The notes beneath the pieces are model-generated. The model had not been told where the DNA came from. It did not search any database and worked only from the letters and a program-made list of their open reading frames with translations. 64,000 nucleotides of DNA from the NCBI GenBank assembly GCA_964016885.1, contig OZ024740.1, forward strand, positions 12,276,001-12,340,000, written 5' to 3'. Shown piece after piece: positions 57,645-64,000 of this stretch (its first letter is position 1; each line of letters starts with the position of its first letter). Both the position numbers and the translations under genes were made by a program. This DNA comes from Eledone cirrhosa (lineage: Eukaryota).

Positions 57645-58382
57645 ATAGATATAGATATAGACATAGATATAGACATAGATATAGACATAGAAATAGATAT
57701 AGATATAGATATAGATATAGATATAGATATAGACATATATATAGATATAGATATAGATATAGACATAGATATAGATATAGATATAGACATAGATATAGAT
57801 ATAGACATAGATATAGATATAGACATAGATATAGATATAAACATAGATATAGACATAGATATAGATATAGATATAGACATAGATATAGATATAAACATAG
57901 ATATAGACATAGATATAGATATAGATATAGACATAGATATAGACATAGATATAGACATAGATATAGATATAGATATAGATATAGATATAGATATAGATAT
58001 AGACATATATATAGATATAGATATAGATATAGATATAGATATAGATATAGACATATATATAGATATAGATATAGATATAGATATAGATATAGATATAGAC
58101 ATATATATAGATATAGATATAGATATAGATATAGACATAGATATAGATATAGATATAGATATAGACATAGACATAGATATAGACATAGACATAGATATAG
58201 ATATAGACATAGACATAGATATAGATATAGACATAGATATAGATATAGATATAGACATAGACATAGATATAGACATAGATATAGACATAGATATAGATAT
58301 AGACATAGACATAGACATAGATATAGATATAGATATAGACATAGATATATATATAGACATAGATATAGACATAGATATATAT
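57645..58382. repeat. (ATAGAY)n hexamer array, 0.74 kb
   Basis: Seen directly. Confidence 0.98.
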
Positions 58383-58647
58383 AAGTTTCTTTTATTTGCC
58401 ACTAGGGCATCAAAAGTGGGACAAGTACAAAGGGGGGAGTTTACACAAAAAGGCGTCCTCAATAAGGAGGAGGCAATAACAAAATATAAAAATAAAATAA
58501 GATATAACAAAAAATAAAATTTTTAACAAAATCCTCAATAGAGAGGAGGCGCCTTGGGGGGTCGCACACACCCCCGAAAAAAGTGTGCAACCCTTGTCCT
58601 CAGGAGCACAGAGAGGGGGTGCTCCCTCGTTCCTTCCTCTTTTCCAC

Positions 58648-61600
58648 CTACAGGCTTATGTAAAGAGAAGGCCCATTCACACGGGCCATTCTCGCCACTT
58701 TCACCCACCTTTCATAAAAACGACTGGGGTGCAGCACCTCTCTCTCCATCCTGATCCTTCTTCCGAAATGATATCGGAAGAAACGGACCAGTTGTTGGCC
58801 AGAGAGAAAGGTGCCTGACCTCAGTCCTTTCAGACGCGTCCACCATACAACCTCTTTCGCCATGGCTATTACGCACAGAAACACCGCCTCTGCTTCATCT
58901 TTGAAGGGGGGAGGCGGCTTGATCATTACAATAGACTCGGTGGTCAACCGGATCGGTCCCACCCTTGACAGCAGTTGTTCGACATAGCCCCACAGATCGG
59001 CTACGCCCGAGCAGTGTACCAATGCGTGTGCAACGGTTTCCTCGTCGCACACGCATCTGGGACAGATCTTTTTGGCGGGGTCCCTACCCGGGCGCCCGTG
59101 TCTGTAGAGCCTTTCTCGAACGGGTAAAGCCCCTCGGTAGCACTGCCAGGCCAGGGACTTCTGGAAGTTGTCCATAGGTCCCGGGCTGAATGTCCTACCG
59201 AACAGGCCGGCCAGTTCGTCCTCCTCCATGTCTAGGGCTTCTCCGAGGGCGTCGTCGCACCTGCTGCGTACCAGCCCTCTATAGAATGTTGCGGTGGAGT
59301 CTCCACTGATAACCGGATCCGCCTGCCAGAGGGCGGTGAGCGCCTGGGCACACTCAGTGTGCCAGGCGCCCAGTTTTCTCGGTCTTTGCTTGACCCAGGA
59401 TTGCAGCTCGGTGAGTGAGACGAGTCTGGGAAAGGTTCGTCTCACAAACGAGGCCCACACCGGTTGTCCGGTGAGGAATACGTAGAGGTGCCGTAGCCTT
59501 AATGCGTATTTACGCATCATTAGCCACGGCATCCCCAGCCCTCCTTTCGAAGGGTGTTGACAGCAGATGGATCTCCTCACCATAGGAGCCCGCCTCTTCC
59601 AAAGGAATTGGAAGAGCGCGCGCTCCATCTTGGTGAGGGTTTCCCTTGGGCAGGGCACTACGGTCAGGCGGTAGTAGATGACGGACGCTATGTAGGTGTT
59701 CGCCACCTCCGCCCGACCTTACAGGGATAGTTTGCAACTGGCCCACTTCTGGGTCAGTGCAAACACCCTGTTCGTAATCTCCGCCCAGTTTTTCTTCACC
59801 TGGAGGTCCGGTCCGAACCAGACCCCGAGCAACTTCACCGGGCCCTCCGTCCAGCGTCCGACGAAGCCATCGGAGGGCATCGGTCTGCCCCTCCACGTGC
59901 CGAGTTGCAAACCGATCGACTTGTCCCGGTTCAGCTTAGCCCCTGTGAACCTTTCGTACTCCTCCAGTAAGGTGCCGACTGCCTCGATTTCGGAGGCCGT
60001 CGACACCATTACTGTCACGTCATCGGCGTAGGCCGACACCGCTTTCCGCAATCCCGGTTCCAAAGGGATGCCCTGCAACAACTCCAACTTCCGCAGTAGT
60101 GGCTCGAGAGTCAACACATACAGAAGTGAGGAGAGAGGGCACCCTTGTCGGATGGACCGCGCGATTTTGAACGGCTCCGAGAGGTTAGCCGTTCACCTTG
60201 ACCCTAGAGCAGATGCGGTCGCTGTGCATAGCAGTGATCCAGCCCCTGAAAACGGGTCCGAAGCCTGCCGCCGCTAGCACCGCATCCAGGTAACCATGGT
60301 CGACACTATCGAACGCCTTAGATTGATCCAAGTTGATCAGAGCCCCACCAAAGCCGGGTTCGTTCCCAACCCTCTCTATGATGTATCGCATGAGGTGGAG
60401 GTTGTCATGGATGGACCTGGACGGGATAGCGCATGTCTGCGCATCTCCCACCAGGTTGCCCACGACAAGCGCCAACCTCTTTGCTAGCACCTTGGCCAAA
60501 ATCTGTAACTCTGTATTTAGCAGAGTTATGGGCCTGAAGTTACTTATTTCGTCCCCCTTGTTCTCGTCCTTCCTCACTAGCGTGACTACGCCCTTGGTCA
60601 CAGTACAGGGAATTCTCCCGTTCTGTTGCCAGTTGCAGTAGACCGCCTCGAGGAGATCGGGGAACAAGTCCGGCATAGCTAGATATAATTCGTAAGGAAG
60701 ACCATCGAGACTCGGGGATTTGCGTTTGCCGCATTGGCTCAGCACGTCCTCTATCTCAGCGGCCGAAATCGGCTCCTCGCAGGACTTCGCCTCCCTGTCC
60801 GAGAGACGCGGCAGGCCGTCGAGGTATGGACCGAAGTCCACGTTCCCAACCGGCTCCCCGCCCCTCCCGAACAGTCGGGCAAAGTGCCTTTGAAAGGCCT
60901 CACACATCTGCTTAGGCTCAAGAATCGCCCGTCCATCCAGGTCTCGCAAAGACCGGATGGTGGATTTAGTTCCACTGTTGGCCTCTGTCACGCGGGCCCA
61001 GCTAACAGCTTTGGTCCCCTCGTTCCCTAGAGCACGTATTTTACTTCGGACAACGCAGCCTTCGTGCTTCGCGTCGAAAAACTGGCTCAAAGCCGTTCTC
61101 GACGCTAGCACTCTGGCCACGTCGTCGCTTCTAATTGCCTCTTCTACTCTATCTATTAACTCCCTTTCCTTCCTATTCCTATCCGCAGCTAGAACCTTAC
61201 TAAATTCTATCGAGACTACTCTAATCTCTCTCTTTAGAGATACCCACCACCTGCTGTTGACGATCGCTCCAGTCAACCGTTCCTTAACTAACGTACTAAT
61301 CCGATCCCTGTAAGCTCTACTTGCCGGCAAGGACAAGTTGAGCTTCCAGTAACCGGGGCCCTGTCTATGCGTTCTATCAAGGTTGACCATGCAGGTCACC
61401 AGCTTGTGGTCTGAATAGCCAACCATGAGCATTTCTGGACAACTTAAAAAGTCCCTGTCCTTATTTCTAACTAAAAATCTATCTAGGTACGACCTAGATG
61501 ATCCACTGCGATTTGACCAAGACCAGGTTGGCACTGTCGGAAAATCTTGTCGAAATCTATCGGCCAGGTCAAATCGGCCGAGTAACCCCTTGAGGCTGTT

Positions 61601-62086
61601 GCACCCCTCTCTATCGGGACATGCCCCTGCATAATCCCAACGTGCATCCAGGATACCATTCCAATCCCCCACTAAAAGCAGGGAACGAGACGTCCCTAAA
61701 AAAGACTCCAGACGCTGGAAAAAGTCGGGCCGCTCTGTCCCAAAAGGGGCATATGCGGCTACCAGCCTAAAGGCTCCACCTTCACCACTGCCAAGGTCCA
61801 GCACCACCAGTCGACCCCCTGGGTCCAAGTGAACTATCTGTGTTGCAAGGCCCAGATGTTTTTGCAGCAGAACGACAACCCCACCCCCACCTCCGGGCTG
61901 ACAGAGAGATGCGTGCATCTCAAAGTCGTCAAAGGTGGGGGCTAGCTGCCGCATGCTGCTGATCCGGGCCTCGCAGATAACCATCACATTTATAGATTGT
62001 GACCTGAGGTCATTTAGAAGCATTGCTTGCTTCCAAGATGAGCCCAGGCCACGCGCATTTAGACACCCTACTCTTAGCACAGCCAT
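58648..62086 (-). pseudogene. Tx1 ORF2 (APE endonuclease, RT, C-terminal Cys/His finger), ~1145 aa with one +1 frameshift (~60185) and one stop (~59719)
   Basis: CLNARGL, GDWN, SYLD, SDH, GYWKLN, FRPITLLN, LDQSKAFD, RQGCPLS, YADD, GGLG, CPRC..ETVAH..HC. The lesions could be real or consensus errors; copy B has Lys at the stop position. Confidence 0.92.
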
Positions 62087-62110
62087 GTTGGTGGTAAGGA
62101 GAAAAGGCAC

Positions 62111-63935
62111 TTACCTCTCTGCGTCCCGGGAAACGGGCCGCTCAATTTCCATGCTGGTTGGGGATGGGTTGTTGGGTGGGGTGGTGGTTTGTGGAAGTGA
62201 AGGGGCATCGGTGTGTTGTGGGGTTGGGGTGTTTGTGGTTGAGTGGGTGTCTGGGTGGGGTGGGGGGTGAAATTTTTTAGGATGACGCGGTTGATTGGTT
62301 TGGCGCAGGGGGGGGGGGGGGGGGGGGGCACGTCCTCCGTGGAATTAATTTCAGTGTTTTATACAAGTACATTAGGACTTTTATCATTTTTAAAGTTAGG
62401 CCCTTCAGTTTGGACCGAAGGGTTTGCTGAAATTGTTTTCCGTAATTCTTTGTTGTCTGTGTTCATGTATGTATATTGTAAGGTCTTTTTTTGTGTAGCA
62501 GTTAGTGTTGTGTGACAGGGAGGGGTGGTTTGTGTGTAGTTTGTGTTCTCTTGGGGAGGGTTAAAGTTAACGTGTCTGTGGTGCGTCTCCTCTTCTTTCT
62601 TTTTACTTGTTGGAAGGGATCTTTTTCGTCTTGCGACGAAAGGGGTTCGTCTTCCTTGTTGGGTGGGAGGGGTATGTTTTCTGGTAGTGTTTGCGGTGTG
62701 TGTGTTTTTGTATTTGTTTTGGGTGGGGAGGGATTGGGTGGGACAGTATTCTGTGTTATTTTTTCACGTGTTTGTTGTTGTTGTTGTGGTGGTGGTGGTG
62801 GTGGTGGTGGTGGTGGTTTTGTTGGTTTTTGTTGTTGTTGTGGTTGTTTTTGTTGTTGTTGTTGGGGTGGTGTTGGTGTTGGTAGCAGTGTTTTTTTCTG
62901 TGTGAGCTGGGGACAGGCAGCCCTCAGGTGACCTCTATTGCCACAGAGGTAACAGGAGGGACGCCTACCCTCCACAATAATGTTAAGGTGGGTACGGTCA
63001 TCCAGCATGACGCGCTCAGGGATTTGGGCGATACGTTCTGGCCTTATTTGGGTCAGAACTTCGATGCTCGTTCCACTGAACGCGTCGCCGGATGCCTTCC
63101 CTATTGAAATGAGGTTGTCCTCGTCTAAATTGAGGAAACCGGTTAGTAACCATCAGTAGTTCATGTTTGGGGTGATGGTGGTTATCCATATCCTCTGGTT
63201 TTTTTTACCTATGTAGGTGGGGAAGAAGGTGTGGTGTGTGGACCGAATTGGCGACACAGAGTATTTTTTCGTCGCCAATTCGTCTTTCATCAATATGGAT
63301 AAACTCCCATAGAGTTTATCCTTTTGTATGAAAGTGATGTCTCTCATCGCTTCTTTCAGTACTAACTGAATTTCAGCTTGAGATGGATGTGCTGGTTTTT
63401 TTGTTTTATTTAAAATTGTACGGAATACGACAGTTCGTAATTCCGTCTGTTTTTTTAGTTCTGGAGGTGAATTTATAGAAAACGAACCGTTTTCGCCAAA
63501 AGATACATATTTCTTGGCTTTTTCCAGCATTTCTTTTGCTTTTGAAATATCTTCCAGCACATACGTGACTGATAATTTAGCCGTTTGTGCAAAAGATATT
63601 TTGTTTTCGTTGTTGGTGTTTGTATTGTTTTGTTTCTCGTCGTTTGAGTTGTTTTCATCTTTGTTGTTGTTGTCTTTCTCGTTTGGTGTGTGGATACTTG
63701 TGACGTTTGTGTTGTTGTTGTTTTTGTTGTCTTTATTGTTGCTGTTGTTGTTGTTGTTGTTTTCAATTTCTTGTATAGTTGTGGCTACATCTAGTGGTCG
63801 GTCAACAGGTGAAGACAATTCTTCCTCTCTCTGACCTCTGCCTTTGGCATCTGCTGCTGTGACAGTGGCAGAGGGAAGCTGTGAGTATGACTGCCCCTTT
63901 CCTTCTTTGATTGATGGTGGAGATGCTTCAGCCAT
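62111..63935 (-). pseudogene. Tx1 ORF1 (CCHC zinc knuckle, Asn- and Pro/Gln/Thr-rich tracts), interrupted
   Basis: MAEASPPS... start at 63935; CYLCGNRGHLRAAC; premature TGA at 63153 where copy A has Trp; ends ...PTSMEIERPVSRDAER*. Confidence 0.85.
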
Positions 63936-64000
63936 TATAGATATAGACATAGATATAGATATAGATATAGACATAGACATAGATATAGACATAGATATAG
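63936..64000. repeat. (ATAGAY)n hexamer array, open at window end
   Basis: Seen directly. Confidence 0.95.

Larger units (their letters stand above)
58385..63935 (-). mobile_element. Tx1/L1-clade element copy C: near full length (5.55 kb)
   Basis: ORF1 + ORF2 + 3' UTR ending AATAAAAGAAAC without poly(A); hexamer array at both ends. Confidence 0.95.

Noticed and set aside
56522-58510. 662-aa ORF with a hydrophobic signal-like N-terminus
   Set aside because: Chance read-through from the copy C 3' UTR across the satellite into copy B ORF2.

Overview
Eukaryotic, repeat-saturated window with no recognisable host gene. The SINE, MITE and RTE families resemble those I recall from Octopus, but this taxon call is an inference. 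About 70% is tandem repeat: a 23-bp satellite (1-8.7 kb), a CATAG(TA)n array, a 200-N gap, 27-bp GGT-based and 30-bp ACA-based minisatellites, and (ATAGAY)n hexamer arrays. Mobile elements include one RTE-clade LINE with an intact 1061-aa ORF carrying a PHD-like finger inside the RT, and a nested cluster of tRNA-derived SINEs, hAT- and piggyBac-type MITEs, CR1-like and CRE-like fragments. The two most notable observations are: (1) three co-oriented Tx1/L1-clade retrotransposons from two subfamilies, with all six ends abutting (ATAGAY)n, i.e. a candidate microsatellite-targeting family; its ORF1 stop overlaps a conserved AG|GTRAGT splice-donor motif and no 5' UTR is visible; (2) a fold-back carrying two inverted minimal hammerhead ribozymes with the U3-A8 core variant, typical of Penelope-like elements. 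The very long low-complexity ORFs in the track are treated as repeat artefacts. All alignments and counts were done by eye.
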